Origin: Gammaproteobacteria bacterium | GTDB lineage: Bacteria > Pseudomonadota > Gammaproteobacteria > Eutrophobiales > Eutrophobiaceae | Assembly: GCA_965215365.1 (NCBI GenBank) | Contig: CBDCDS010000003.1 | Coordinates: 896,001 to 960,000, forward strand | DNA length: 64,000 bases | Direction: 5' to 3' | Part shown: positions 11,261-20,224 of the stretch, piece after piece | Layout: the number at the start of each line of letters is the position of its first letter | How positions within the stretch are numbered: position 1 is the stretch's first letter | Notes under the pieces: generated by a model | Seen by the model: the letters and a program-made list of their open reading frames with translations, nothing else | Database searches by the model: none | What the model was told of the DNA's origin: nothing | Position numbers and translations under genes: made by a program

Positions 11261-12241
11261 ATGAAATCGAAAATAACCATTGCCGGATTCCTGCTGCTGG
11301 CGTGCAGTCATGCCGCGGCCGAACTGTTGCAGCGCGCAGAGGTCGCCACGTTTATCGACAAAATGGTCGCGGAACACGATTACGATGCCGCACAGCTCGA
11401 AGATGCCCTGAGCCGGGTGCAGCTGTCGGAAAAAGTCATCGCCGCCATCACCAGGCCGGCTGAGGCCTTGCCCTGGCACCGTTACCGGTCGATCTTCCTG
11501 AAATCTGCGCGCATCAACGGCGGCGCTACGTTCTGGCGTCAACACCGGGCACAACTTGAACGCGCCGCGCAAACCTACGGCGTGCCGATCGAGATCATGG
11601 TTGCCGTGATCGGGGTTGAAACAAAATACGGTGGCAATACCGGTGGTTTCAAGGTCATCAATGCCTTGTCCACCCTGGCCTTTGACTACCCGAAACGCAG
11701 CAGGTTCTTTACCTCGGAGTTGCAGCATTATTTTCTGCTGACCCGGGAGCAATCCCTGGACCCGCATCAACTGACCGGTTCTTATGCCGGCGCCATGGGC
11801 ATTCCGCAGTTCATGCCCAGCAGTTATCGCGCCTACGCGGTCGATTTTGACGCAGACGGCCGCACCGACATCTGGGACAACCCGGTGGATGCCATCGGCA
11901 GTGTCGGCAACTACTTAGATGTGCATGGATGGCAGGCCGATGCGGGCATTGTCAGCGCCGCCGGCGTGCCCGCGGGCGATATCGCGGCGCTGCTCACCGG
12001 CGGCCTGGAATTGAAACTGCGTATGCAGCAAGTCGTGGATGCCGGCGTCGCCGTGGACGCTGAGGTGGATGCTGCGGAAAAGGTCAAACTGCTGCAACTG
12101 GAAAACAAGGACGGCTTCGAGTACTGGCTGGCGCGTCAGAACTTCTATGTCATTACCCGCTATAACCGTAGTACCTTGTATGCGATGGCAGTGTATCAGC
12201 TCGCTCAGGCCATCAGGGCCGAGTATGAAGCCGGGCTTTGA
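11261..12241 (+). CDS. mltB: Lytic murein transglycosylase B
   Basis: IGVETKYG, GSYAGAMG.PQFMPSSY, NFYVITRYN. Confidence 0.95.
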   Translation: MKSKITIAGFLLLACSHAAAELLQRAEVATFIDKMVAEHDYDAAQLEDALSRVQLSEKVIAAITRPAEALPWHRYRSIFLKSARINGGATFWRQHRAQLERAAQTYGVPIEIMVAVIGVETKYGGNTGGFKVINALSTLAFDYPKRSRFFTSELQHYFLLTREQSLDPHQLTGSYAGAMGIPQFMPSSYRAYAVDFDADGRTDIWDNPVDAIGSVGNYLDVHGWQADAGIVSAAGVPAGDIAALLTGGLELKLRMQQVVDAGVAVDAEVDAAEKVKLLQLENKDGFEYWLARQNFYVITRYNRSTLYAMAVYQLAQAIRAEYEAGL

Positions 12242-13049
12242 CAGGATACGCCCGCTGCTCCCGGCGCTGCTGCTCGCAGCGCTGGCGGGCTGTGCCGGCG
12301 CCCCGGAAAAAAAGCTCGCAGCGCCGCCCGCACGCGCCCCGGAGGAACTGATAAAGATACCTGACGCGGTGCCCAAAGTGGAGCCTAAGAGCGAGCTTGG
12401 CAACATGAAAACCTACGAGGTGTTCGGCGAAAGGTACTACGTGCTGGACAGCAGCGACGACTTTACCCAGCAAGGCATTGCCTCATGGTACGGGCCGAAA
12501 TTTCACGGCAAGAAGACGTCCAGCGGCGAGATCTATGACATGTACGCCATGACTGCGGCGCACAAGACCTTGCCCCTGCCCTGTTACCTGGAGGTAAAAA
12601 ATCTGGAAAACGGCAGAAAAATCGTTGTGCGCGTGAATGATCGCGGGCCGTTTCACGACAACCGCATTGTCGATTTGTCCTACACGGCGGCGCTCAAGCT
12701 GGATATGCTGGACCAGGGGACGGCCCTGGTTAAAATTCGCACCCTGGACCCGCGCGCCCACAGCGGTGGCGGCGCCCCGGTCGAAGGCCGGGCCTTGGTT
12801 GCAGAAGACCGCGCGCCGCCGGAATTCTATATACAGGTAGGCGTGTTTGCCGACTATGACAACGCCGAGAACCTGAAGAACAGGCTGGCGGCATTGGCGG
12901 CGCCGATCCGGGTGGACGAGGCCAGCTTCAACGAAACCGCCGCCTACCGTGTGAAAATCGGCCCCTTGAATAATATCGAGACCGCAGATGAGCTTGTTAA
13001 CCAACTGGCGCCGCTGGGCATCCACGAACACCGCATCCTGCTGGAATGA
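12225..13049 (+). CDS. rlpA: Septal ring lytic transglycosylase RlpA lipoprotein with SPOR domain
   Basis: Lipobox LAGC, GIASWYG..FHG, TAAHKTLP, VNDRGPF, C-terminal SPOR. Confidence 0.95.
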   Translation: MKPGFDRIRPLLPALLLAALAGCAGAPEKKLAAPPARAPEELIKIPDAVPKVEPKSELGNMKTYEVFGERYYVLDSSDDFTQQGIASWYGPKFHGKKTSSGEIYDMYAMTAAHKTLPLPCYLEVKNLENGRKIVVRVNDRGPFHDNRIVDLSYTAALKLDMLDQGTALVKIRTLDPRAHSGGGAPVEGRALVAEDRAPPEFYIQVGVFADYDNAENLKNRLAALAAPIRVDEASFNETAAYRVKIGPLNNIETADELVNQLAPLGIHEHRILLE

Positions 13050-13110
13050 AACCACACGTAAAACCATAACACGAGGTGGCCTTATAACGTTACGTACAGC
13101 CGCAAATACC

Positions 13111-14265
13111 ATGAAAAACCTGATCGTTAAACTACTGCTGGCGCCACTCGCCGTTGTCTGCCTGAACTTCGTCGCCACTGCCGTCGCAGTGACACCGCCG
13201 CCGCCTGAGCTCGAGGCCACCGCCTACCTGATGCTGGACGCACAAAGCGGCGCCTACCTGGTGGAACACAATGCCGACCAGCGGGTGGAACCTGCCAGTC
13301 TGACCAAAATCATGACCAGCTACGTGGCGGCAGACCAGCTTGCCGCCGGCCATATCGCCATGACCGACTCGGTGACCGTCAGTGAAAAGGCCTGGCGTAT
13401 GGGCGGCTCGCGCATGTTCATAGAAGTCGGCGCCCAGGTCAGCGTGGCGGATCTGCTGAATGGCATCATCATCCAGTCCGGCAATGATGCCAGCGTCGCC
13501 TTGGCAGAACATATTTCCGGCACTGAGGAGGCCTTTGCCGACCTTATGAACCGGCATGCAGCCAAGCTGGGGATGGACAACACCCACTTCACCAACAGTT
13601 CCGGCTGGCCGGATGACAACCATTACACGACGGCCAGGGACCTGGCAATACTATCGCGGGCGCTGGTGCGGGAGCACCCGGAGATTTACGCGCTGCATGC
13701 CGTGCGGGAGTTTACCTACAACGACATCAGGCAAGCCAACCGCAACCGGTTGCTGTGGTCGAAGGCCGGCGTGGACGGGATAAAGACCGGCTATACCGAA
13801 AACGCGGGCTACTGCCTGGTAGCTTCGGCCGTGCGCGACGGTCGGCGCCTGATTTCGGCAGTGATCGGCAGCGCCGGCCCCAAGGCCAGAGCCAAGGCCA
13901 CGCAGGCGTTGCTGAGCTACGGCTACCGGCATTTTGAAACCCGCACTCTCTACGGCAACAGTGAGGCGGTCACCAATATCAAGGTATGGAAGGGGACGCG
14001 CGACAGGCTCGACCTGGTTGTGGCAGAAGAGCTGGTATTAACCCTGCAACGGGGGCAATTTGAGCAGCTTGGGACCAGCATGACTATCATTGAAAAGCCC
14101 GTAGCCCCGATTGCAGCCGGCCAGCAGCTGGGGCAACTGGCGCTGACGCTGGATGAGGAAGCGCTTGCAACCTTGCCGCTGACCGCAGCCGCAGCCATCG
14201 CCCCTGGCAGCTTTTTTGTTCGGCTCAGGGATCATATCAAGATGCACTGGAATAGCGGGAATTGA
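13111..14265 (+). CDS. dacA: D-alanyl-D-alanine carboxypeptidase (PBP5/6)
   Basis: PASLTK, QSGNDA, GIKTGYT motifs. Confidence 0.93.
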   Translation: MKNLIVKLLLAPLAVVCLNFVATAVAVTPPPPELEATAYLMLDAQSGAYLVEHNADQRVEPASLTKIMTSYVAADQLAAGHIAMTDSVTVSEKAWRMGGSRMFIEVGAQVSVADLLNGIIIQSGNDASVALAEHISGTEEAFADLMNRHAAKLGMDNTHFTNSSGWPDDNHYTTARDLAILSRALVREHPEIYALHAVREFTYNDIRQANRNRLLWSKAGVDGIKTGYTENAGYCLVASAVRDGRRLISAVIGSAGPKARAKATQALLSYGYRHFETRTLYGNSEAVTNIKVWKGTRDRLDLVVAEELVLTLQRGQFEQLGTSMTIIEKPVAPIAAGQQLGQLALTLDEEALATLPLTAAAAIAPGSFFVRLRDHIKMHWNSGN

Positions 14266-15107
14266 CTACGGCTTACCTGAACGGCGAGTTTCTGCCGTTG
14301 GCACAGGCCCGGGTGTCGGCGCTGGACCGGGGGTTCACCTTTGCCGATGGCGTCTATGAGGTCATCCCGGTATTTGCCGGCGCGCCGTTCCGGTTGAACC
14401 AACACCTGCAACGACTGCACCACAGCCTGGACGGGATTGCCCTGCCACTGGCTTATGACCGGGAAAAGTGGCGGCTGTTGACAGACCGGTTGCTGCAACT
14501 GAATCAGGTCGCAACCGATGCAGCCATTTACATACAGGTGACCCGCGGCGTGGCTGAGCGAAACCATTGCTACGGGCCCGACCTTACCCCGACCGTTTTC
14601 ATGTACTGCAAACCACTGCCACACACGGACGTGAGTCGCGGCGTGAGCGCAGTGCTGCACGAGGACATCCGCTGGCAATACTGCCATATCAAGGCCGTGG
14701 CGCTGTTAGCGAACGTGATGATGAAACAGTATGCCCGCGACCAGGACGGTTCCATTGAGACGATTATGCACCGTGACGGGTATGTCACCGAAGGCGCGGC
14801 GAGCAACGTCTTCGTAGTCACTGCCGGTGAGGTGCGCACGCCCCCCGGCAGCAACCGGCTGCTACCGGGCATTACCCGCGACCTGGTAGTGGAACTGGCC
14901 GGCGCCTCCCGCCACCCGTGCCGGGCCGCGCCCGTGAGCAAGGCACAACTGTTACAGGCTGACGAAGTATGGCTGACCAGCTCCGGCCTGGGCATCGCCC
15001 CGGTAGTCAGGCTGGACGGCCAGCCCGTAGGCGACGGCCAACCCGGCCCGGTCTGGCGCGAACTGGACCGGCTCTACCAGGCATTCAAGCAGGCGCCCGG
15101 GGGCTGA
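14262..15107 (+). CDS. dat: D-amino acid aminotransferase (class IV PLP)
   Basis: DRGF.FADGVYEV, YIQVTRG, EGAASNVF, LPGITR; follows dacA. Confidence 0.88.
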   Translation: MTTAYLNGEFLPLAQARVSALDRGFTFADGVYEVIPVFAGAPFRLNQHLQRLHHSLDGIALPLAYDREKWRLLTDRLLQLNQVATDAAIYIQVTRGVAERNHCYGPDLTPTVFMYCKPLPHTDVSRGVSAVLHEDIRWQYCHIKAVALLANVMMKQYARDQDGSIETIMHRDGYVTEGAASNVFVVTAGEVRTPPGSNRLLPGITRDLVVELAGASRHPCRAAPVSKAQLLQADEVWLTSSGLGIAPVVRLDGQPVGDGQPGPVWRELDRLYQAFKQAPGG

Positions 15108-15137
15108 GTGATACGGGGACCGCGCGCATTAAATGAT

Positions 15138-15166
15138 TTGACAACATGGGTACGTCCTGGTACATT
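15138..15166 (+). promoter_or_regulatory. Putative sigma70 promoter for first heptad-nuclease copy
   Basis: TTGACA (15138-43), 17 nt, TACATT (15161-66), 41 nt upstream of ATG 15208. Confidence 0.65.
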
Positions 15167-15207
15167 CAGGATAGACTGAGCCAGCGCTTCACTGAGAAGC
15201 TTTTTCC

Positions 15208-15741
15208 ATGACCGACGAAGAACTGAAAGCACTGGTTGCCGGCTTGGCCGTCGCGCAAGACCGTACTGATGCCCAGCTGGCGAAAAACGCCGCGCAGCTG
15301 GCGAAGACCGATGCCAAGCTGAACCGTCTGGCGGAAATGTACGGCGGTGTCGGCAACAGCCTAGGGGCGGCAGCCGAGGAGTTCTACCATAACAGCCTCA
15401 AGGCCAATCCGGTGCTGGCCGGGGTGCGCTTCGACTTCGTCGACCGGAACATCACCCGCAGCCGCGCCGGCCTTGAGGACGAGTTTGACCTGCTGTTAGT
15501 GAACGGTCGCGAAGTGTTTGTCGTGGAAGTGAAGTACAAGGCACATGAGAACGACTTGGCGCGCCTGCTGGACCAGAAGGCGCCCAACTTCCGGCGCTTA
15601 TTCCCGGAACACGCCGACCGCCGGCAGCGCTTGGCACTGGCCGCCTTCCACTTCCATGACGAGCTGAAGCAGGCGGCCTTAGCGCAGGGCGTGACCGTAC
15701 TGCAACGCAAGGGCGATGTCATCGAAACCCTTGCGGCCTAA
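15208..15741 (+). CDS. Heptad-repeat coiled-coil + PD-(D/E)XK nuclease-like protein (DUF3782-like), copy 1, 177 aa
   Basis: AKTDAQL-type heptads then AEEF...EFDLL...VEVK motif. Confidence 0.75.
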   Translation: MTDEELKALVAGLAVAQDRTDAQLAKNAAQLAKTDAKLNRLAEMYGGVGNSLGAAAEEFYHNSLKANPVLAGVRFDFVDRNITRSRAGLEDEFDLLLVNGREVFVVEVKYKAHENDLARLLDQKAPNFRRLFPEHADRRQRLALAAFHFHDELKQAALAQGVTVLQRKGDVIETLAA

Positions 15742-15839
15742 GCAAACTCCGAACAGCATACCGGTCGATGTAGCGCCGGAATCACACCTGCCCTTCAGGT
15801 CCCCAGCGAATAATTTGTCCTCTTCAAATCACTCTCATA

Positions 15840-16016
15840 AAGGACAGCGGCATCACCAACGACCCCAACGACTGGTCCGATGACCCGCGTTACATTCTTA
15901 ACCTGCTGCAAAAAGTGGTATGCGTAAGCATGGATACCATCAAAATCGTCAACAGCCTGCCCGAACTGGACCCGGTTACGGATTCCACAGGGTATAAGCG
16001 TGGCTTTCGTAGGTGA
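15840..16016 (+). pseudogene. 3' fragment of type ISP restriction-modification enzyme (copy 1)
   Basis: Translates KDSGITNDPNDWSDDPRYILNLLQKVVCVSMDTIKIVNSLPEL..., matching the conserved C-terminus of LlaGI/LlaBIII-type enzymes; no start codon. Confidence 0.8.
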
Positions 16017-16019
16017 AGC

Positions 16020-16078
16020 TAGCCCGCATATCTCACCAAGTGATGCGAAGATCGGGCCGGATTGGTTCTGCCTGCGGG
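16020..16078. mobile_element. MITE family B left-end remnant
   Basis: tagcccgcatatctcaccaagtgatgcgaagatcgggccggattggttctgcctgcggg matches start of 7570 element. Confidence 0.85.
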
Positions 16079-16151
16079 AGTAAAGGCCTTTTTATTTCAA
16101 GCCCGAGTGATGTAGAATGTCTCTCCTGAGCTGTTAACAGATGTAAACGTT

Positions 16152-16286
16152 ATGTATGCAGTGATAAAAACCGGTGGTAAACCGTGTGCGGCGCAGGCAG
16201 GGGGCACAGGGTGGAGCAGCCCGATGTCAGGGCAGCCTGTTGTTGGCGCCATCAATGCCGGCGCGAACGCCGACAGGATAGACTGA
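16152..16286 (+). pseudogene. rplU (L21) 5' fragment (first 10 codons) fused to unrelated sequence, copy 1
   Basis: ATG TAT GCA GTG ATA AAA ACC GGT GGT AAA C = MYAVIKTGGK, the L21 N-terminus; preceded by AT-rich region with TAGAAT. Confidence 0.75.
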
Positions 16287-16314
16287 GCCGCCGCTTCACT
16301 GAGAGGATTTTGCC

Positions 16315-16932
16315 ATGACTGATGAGGAACTGAAAGCACTGGTTGCCGGCTTGGCCGTCGCGCAAGACCGTACTGATGCCCAGCTGGCGAAAAACGCCGC
16401 GCAGCAGGCGAAGACCGAGGCCAAGCTGGCGAAGACCGAAGCCCTGCTGGCAGAAAACGCCGCGCAGCAGGCGAAGACCGATGCCCAGCAGGCGAAGACC
16501 GAGGCCAAGCTGAACCGTCTGGCGGAAATGTACGGCGGTGTCGGCAACAGCCTAGGGGCGGCAGCCGAGGAGTTCTACCATAACAGCCTCAAGGCCAATC
16601 CGGTGCTGGCCGGGGTGCGCTTCGACTTCGTCGACCGGAACATCACCCGCAGCCGCGCCGGCCTTGAGGACGAGTTTGACCTGCTGTTAGTGAACGGTCG
16701 CGAAGTGTTTGTCGTGGAAGTGAAGTACAAGGCACATGAGAACGACTTGGCGCGCCTGCTGGACCAGAAGGCGCCCAACTTCCGGCGCTTATTCCCGGAA
16801 CACGCCGACCGCCGGCAGCGCTTGGCACTGGCCGCCTTCCACTTCCATGACGAGCTGAAGCAGGCGGCCTTAGCGCAGGGCGTGACCGTACTGCAACGCA
16901 AGGGCGATGTCATCGAAACCCTTGCGGCCTAA
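16315..16932 (+). CDS. Heptad-repeat PD-(D/E)XK nuclease-like protein, copy 2, 205 aa
   Basis: Same as copy 1 with 4 extra heptads. Confidence 0.75.
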   Translation: MTDEELKALVAGLAVAQDRTDAQLAKNAAQQAKTEAKLAKTEALLAENAAQQAKTDAQQAKTEAKLNRLAEMYGGVGNSLGAAAEEFYHNSLKANPVLAGVRFDFVDRNITRSRAGLEDEFDLLLVNGREVFVVEVKYKAHENDLARLLDQKAPNFRRLFPEHADRRQRLALAAFHFHDELKQAALAQGVTVLQRKGDVIETLAA

Positions 16933-17030
16933 GCAAACTCCGAACAGCATACCGGTCGATGTAGCGCCGGAATCACACCTGCCCTTCAGGTCCCCAGCGA
17001 ATAATTTGTCCTCTTCAAATCACTCTCATA

Positions 17031-17207
17031 AAGGACAGCGGCATCACCAACGACCCCAACGACTGGTCCGATGACCCGCGTTACATTCTTAACCTGCTGC
17101 AAAAAGTGGTATGCGTAAGCATGGATACCATCAAAATCGTCAACAGCCTGCCCGAACTGGACCCGGTTACGGATTCCACAGGGTATAAGCGTGGCTTTCG
17201 TAGGTGA
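17031..17207 (+). pseudogene. 3' fragment of type ISP RM enzyme (copy 2)
   Basis: Same sequence as 15840-16016. Confidence 0.8.
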
Positions 17208-17210
17208 AGC

Positions 17211-17269
17211 TAGCCCGCATATCTCACCAAGTGATGCGAAGATCGCGCCGGATTGGTTCTGCCTGCGGG
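17211..17269. mobile_element. MITE family B left-end remnant (copy 2)
   Basis: As 16020-16078 with one SNP (17246 C vs 16055 G). Confidence 0.85.
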
Positions 17270-17342
17270 AGTAAAGGCCTTTTTATTTCAAGCCCGAGTG
17301 ATGTAGAATGTCTCTCCTGAGCTGTTAACAGATGTAAACGTT

Positions 17343-17477
17343 ATGTATGCAGTGATAAAAACCGGTGGTAAACCGTGTGCGGCGCAGGCAGGGGGCACAG
17401 GGTGGAGCAGCCCGATGTCAGGGCAGCCTGTTGTTGGCGCCATCAATGCCGGCGCGAACGCCGACAGGATAGACTGA
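17343..17477 (+). pseudogene. rplU 5' fragment fusion, copy 2
   Basis: Same sequence as 16152-16286. Confidence 0.75.
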
Positions 17478-17505
17478 GCCGCCGCTTCACTGAGAGGATT
17501 TTGCC

Positions 17506-18144
17506 ATGACTGATGAGGAACTGAAAGCACTGGTTGCCGGCTTGGCCGTCGCGCAAGACCGTACTGATGCCCAGCTGGCGAAAAACGCCGCGCAGCAGGC
17601 GAAGACCGAGGCCAAGCTGGCGAAGACCGAAGCCCTGCTGGCAGAAAACGCCGCGCAGCAGGCGAAGACCGATGCCCAGCAGGCGAAGACCGATGCCCAG
17701 CTGGCGAAGACCGATGCCAAGCTGAACCGTCTGGCGGAAATGTACGGCGGTGTCGGCAACAGCCTAGGGGCGGCAGCCGAGGAGTTCTACCATAACAGCC
17801 TCAAGGCCAATCCGGTGCTGGCCGGGGTGCGCTTCGACTTCGTCGACCGGAACATCACCCGCAGCCGCGCCGGCCTTGAGGACGAGTTTGACCTGCTGTT
17901 AGTGAACGGTCGCGAAGTGTTTGTCGTGGAAGTGAAGTACAAGGCACATGAGAACGACTTGGCGCGCCTGCTGGACCAGAAGGCGCCCAACTTCCGGCGC
18001 TTATTCCCGGAACACGCCGACCGCCGGCAGCGCTTGGCGCTGGCCGCCTTCCACTTCCATGACGAGCTGAAGCAGGCGGCCTTAGCGCAGGGCGTGACCG
18101 TACTGCAACGCAAGGGCGATGTCATCGAAACCCTTGCGGCCTAA
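17506..18144 (+). CDS. Heptad-repeat PD-(D/E)XK nuclease-like protein, copy 3, 212 aa
   Basis: Same as copy 1 with 5 extra heptads. Confidence 0.75.
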   Translation: MTDEELKALVAGLAVAQDRTDAQLAKNAAQQAKTEAKLAKTEALLAENAAQQAKTDAQQAKTDAQLAKTDAKLNRLAEMYGGVGNSLGAAAEEFYHNSLKANPVLAGVRFDFVDRNITRSRAGLEDEFDLLLVNGREVFVVEVKYKAHENDLARLLDQKAPNFRRLFPEHADRRQRLALAAFHFHDELKQAALAQGVTVLQRKGDVIETLAA

Positions 18145-18190
18145 GCAAACTCCGAACAGCATACCGGTCGATGTAGCGCCGGAATGACGC

Positions 18191-19576
18191 TCAAGCACCC
18201 AATACCCGTCCCGGATTCAATATATTGCCCGGGTCCAGGGCTTGTTTCAGCAGTTGCATCAGCGCCAGCTCCTCCTTGTTCCTGGATTGGGGCAGGTAGG
18301 CCCGTTTCATCAGGCCGATGCCGTGTTCGGCGGAGACGGAGCCGCGGTAAGCGCCCACCTGTTCATACACCAGGTCATAGATCAGCGGTTTGTCTTGCGC
18401 GCGCGCAACCGTGAACACCAGGTGCAGGTTGCCGTCGCCGATATGTCCGAAGGCCAATATTTTCGTGTCCGGCAGCTGCGCCTTGACGTCCCGTTCCAGT
18501 CGCGCCAGGAATTCAGCCATGGCGTTGATGGGTACGCTCACATCGAAATTGGCATTGTCCCGGATCACGGCCAGGGCCTCGCCCACGCCGTCGCGGATGG
18601 CCCAGACGGCCGCTCGCTCGCGCTCGGATTGGCAGATTACGGCATCCAGCAGGCGCTCCTCCTCCAGTTCCCGCCCCAAGGTCTGTTCCAGTGCCTGCTC
18701 CGGGGCGTCCGCACCGGCATTGCTGGCGATCTCGGTCAGCACGTAGATGGGGTAGCGCGCGTCAAACGGACTGCTCACCGTCGGCACGTGTTCGATGATG
18801 TAATCGTAGTAGCCGGCCCACATCACTTCAAACGAATTGAGCGCGCCGCTGAACTCGCGACCCAGCAAATGCAGCAAGCGCACCACCTCGTCAAATGACG
18901 CCAACGCCACCAGCGCCGTGCTGAAGCCCGCCGGTTCAGGGAACAGACGCAACACCGCCCGGGTGACGATGCCCAAAGTGCCTTCGGTGCCGATGAACAG
19001 GTGCTTTAAGTCGTAACCGGCGTTATTTTTCAGCATTTTATTAAGCGAGGTGACGATGGTGCCGTCGGCCAGCACCACCTCCAGGCCCAGAATCAGGTTG
19101 CGGGTCATGCCAAACCGGATCACTTCATTACCACCGGCATTGGTGGCGATATTGCCGCCGATGTTGCAGGACCCGCGCGCGCCCAGGTCCAGCGGAAACT
19201 GCAAGCCCGCAGCCACCGCCGCCTCCTGTATGGTCTGCAAGGGCGTGCCGGCCAGCACCGTCATAGTCATGGAGTCGCGGTCCAGTTCCTCAATGCCGTT
19301 AAGCCGCTCCAGCGACAACGCCAGCTCGTCGTCCTGCGGCGTAGCGCCACCGCATAAACCGGTCAGGCCGCCCTGCACCACGACTTTCTGTCCGGCGGCA
19401 GAGCAAGTGCGCAGGATCTCAGAGACCTGCGCCACAGCAGCCGGCCGCGCCACCGCCAGCGGCGCCCGGGTAGTCAGCCCGGAACAATCGGCATGGTATT
19501 TTTCAGAAACGTCAGCGCCGGTCAGGATCACATCCGGCCCCAGCTTTTCGGTTAATTGTTTGATGGTGTTGTTCAT
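18191..19576 (-). CDS. FAD-binding oxidoreductase (D-lactate/D-2-hydroxyglutarate dehydrogenase family)
   Basis: GGLTGLCGGA, IGGNIATNAGG, GYDLKHLFIGTEGTLG, GHIGDGNLH, SAEHGIG. Confidence 0.9.
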   Translation of the reverse strand: MNNTIKQLTEKLGPDVILTGADVSEKYHADCSGLTTRAPLAVARPAAVAQVSEILRTCSAAGQKVVVQGGLTGLCGGATPQDDELALSLERLNGIEELDRDSMTMTVLAGTPLQTIQEAAVAAGLQFPLDLGARGSCNIGGNIATNAGGNEVIRFGMTRNLILGLEVVLADGTIVTSLNKMLKNNAGYDLKHLFIGTEGTLGIVTRAVLRLFPEPAGFSTALVALASFDEVVRLLHLLGREFSGALNSFEVMWAGYYDYIIEHVPTVSSPFDARYPIYVLTEIASNAGADAPEQALEQTLGRELEEERLLDAVICQSERERAAVWAIRDGVGEALAVIRDNANFDVSVPINAMAEFLARLERDVKAQLPDTKILAFGHIGDGNLHLVFTVARAQDKPLIYDLVYEQVGAYRGSVSAEHGIGLMKRAYLPQSRNKEELALMQLLKQALDPGNILNPGRVLGA

Positions 19577-19590
19577 GGCGGCTCAACGTA

Positions 19591-19896
19591 TCAACCGTCA
19601 CTACCAAAATAGTCAACAATATCCATTGCCTTATGAGGAATGCCGATAATATCTATCATATTGCCACGGAGCAAATAAAACACCAGATGGGAACCTTGCG
19701 GGAAACAATAGTAGCCATCGCAGATATCGGGACGATGCTTACCTGCAAGAGGCCACTCAGCTAACCACGAAAAACGCTTGTACAATCCGGCAATATAGCT
19801 GTCTGCTTGGGTTTCACCCCATACTGCCGATGTGTATTTCCAAATCCTGCGTAAATCTTCCCTGGCATTGAAAGTGAGATTAAACGAGTTTGTCAT
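19591..19896 (-). CDS. parE: ParE/RelE-family toxin
   Basis: LT..A..DL..IW.YT...WG..QAD.Y, GSHLVFY, I.IIGI.H..MD. Confidence 0.88.
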   Translation of the reverse strand: MTNSFNLTFNAREDLRRIWKYTSAVWGETQADSYIAGLYKRFSWLAEWPLAGKHRPDICDGYYCFPQGSHLVFYLLRGNMIDIIGIPHKAMDIVDYFGSDG

Positions 19897-20140
19897 CCTG
19901 TTCTTCCCTGAACCCCGCCAGCGCTTGATCAAGCGATTCCGTCACAAATTCACCACGCTCGGCCTGGGCCGCGCCTGCGGCTAAATGAGTGCGTAATGCA
20001 GAAAGCTTGCTTTTGTGCGCTTCCAGCGTTCGCAGCGCATCCTGAACCACTTCACTGGCGCTACCATAGCGGCCACTGGCGATTTCATTTTTTATGAACA
20101 CCTCCCAATGTTCACCCACACTAAAACTTGTCGTTGCCAT
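19880..20140 (-). CDS. parD: ParD-family (CC2985-like) antitoxin
   Basis: TSFSVGEHWEVFIKNEIASGRYGSASEVV..ALR.LE; overlaps toxin start. Confidence 0.88.
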   Translation of the reverse strand: MATTSFSVGEHWEVFIKNEIASGRYGSASEVVQDALRTLEAHKSKLSALRTHLAAGAAQAERGEFVTESLDQALAGFREEQDDKLV

Positions 20141-20151
20141 CCTGATACCTG

Positions 20152-20172
20152 AATTATTCAATTTGAATAATT
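20152..20172. promoter_or_regulatory. Perfect inverted repeat upstream of parD, likely autoregulatory operator
   Basis: aattattcaa-t-ttgaataatt about 12 nt upstream of parD start. Confidence 0.55.
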
Positions 20173-20224
20173 TTGAACATGCTGCATATTAACAGAGTTG
20201 CACGCGTCTGTGTCAACGGTTAAG

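Larger units (their letters stand above)
15167..18185 (+). repeat. Tandem triplication (units 1191 and 1212 bp) of heptad-repeat nuclease gene plus mosaic spacer
   Basis: Three near-identical genes and two near-identical spacers; shared ends caggatagactgagcc and gtagcgccggaat. Confidence 0.95.

Noticed and set aside
15167-18185. CRISPR array or diversity-generating retroelement
   Set aside because: Units are ~1.2 kb with near-identical spacers; no cas or reverse transcriptase gene; variation is in 21-nt unit number, not adenine-specific substitution
15167-18185. Pure assembly artefact
   Set aside because: Copies differ by in-frame heptad blocks, synonymous changes and isolated SNPs, which argues for real paralogues; read-level confirmation is still needed
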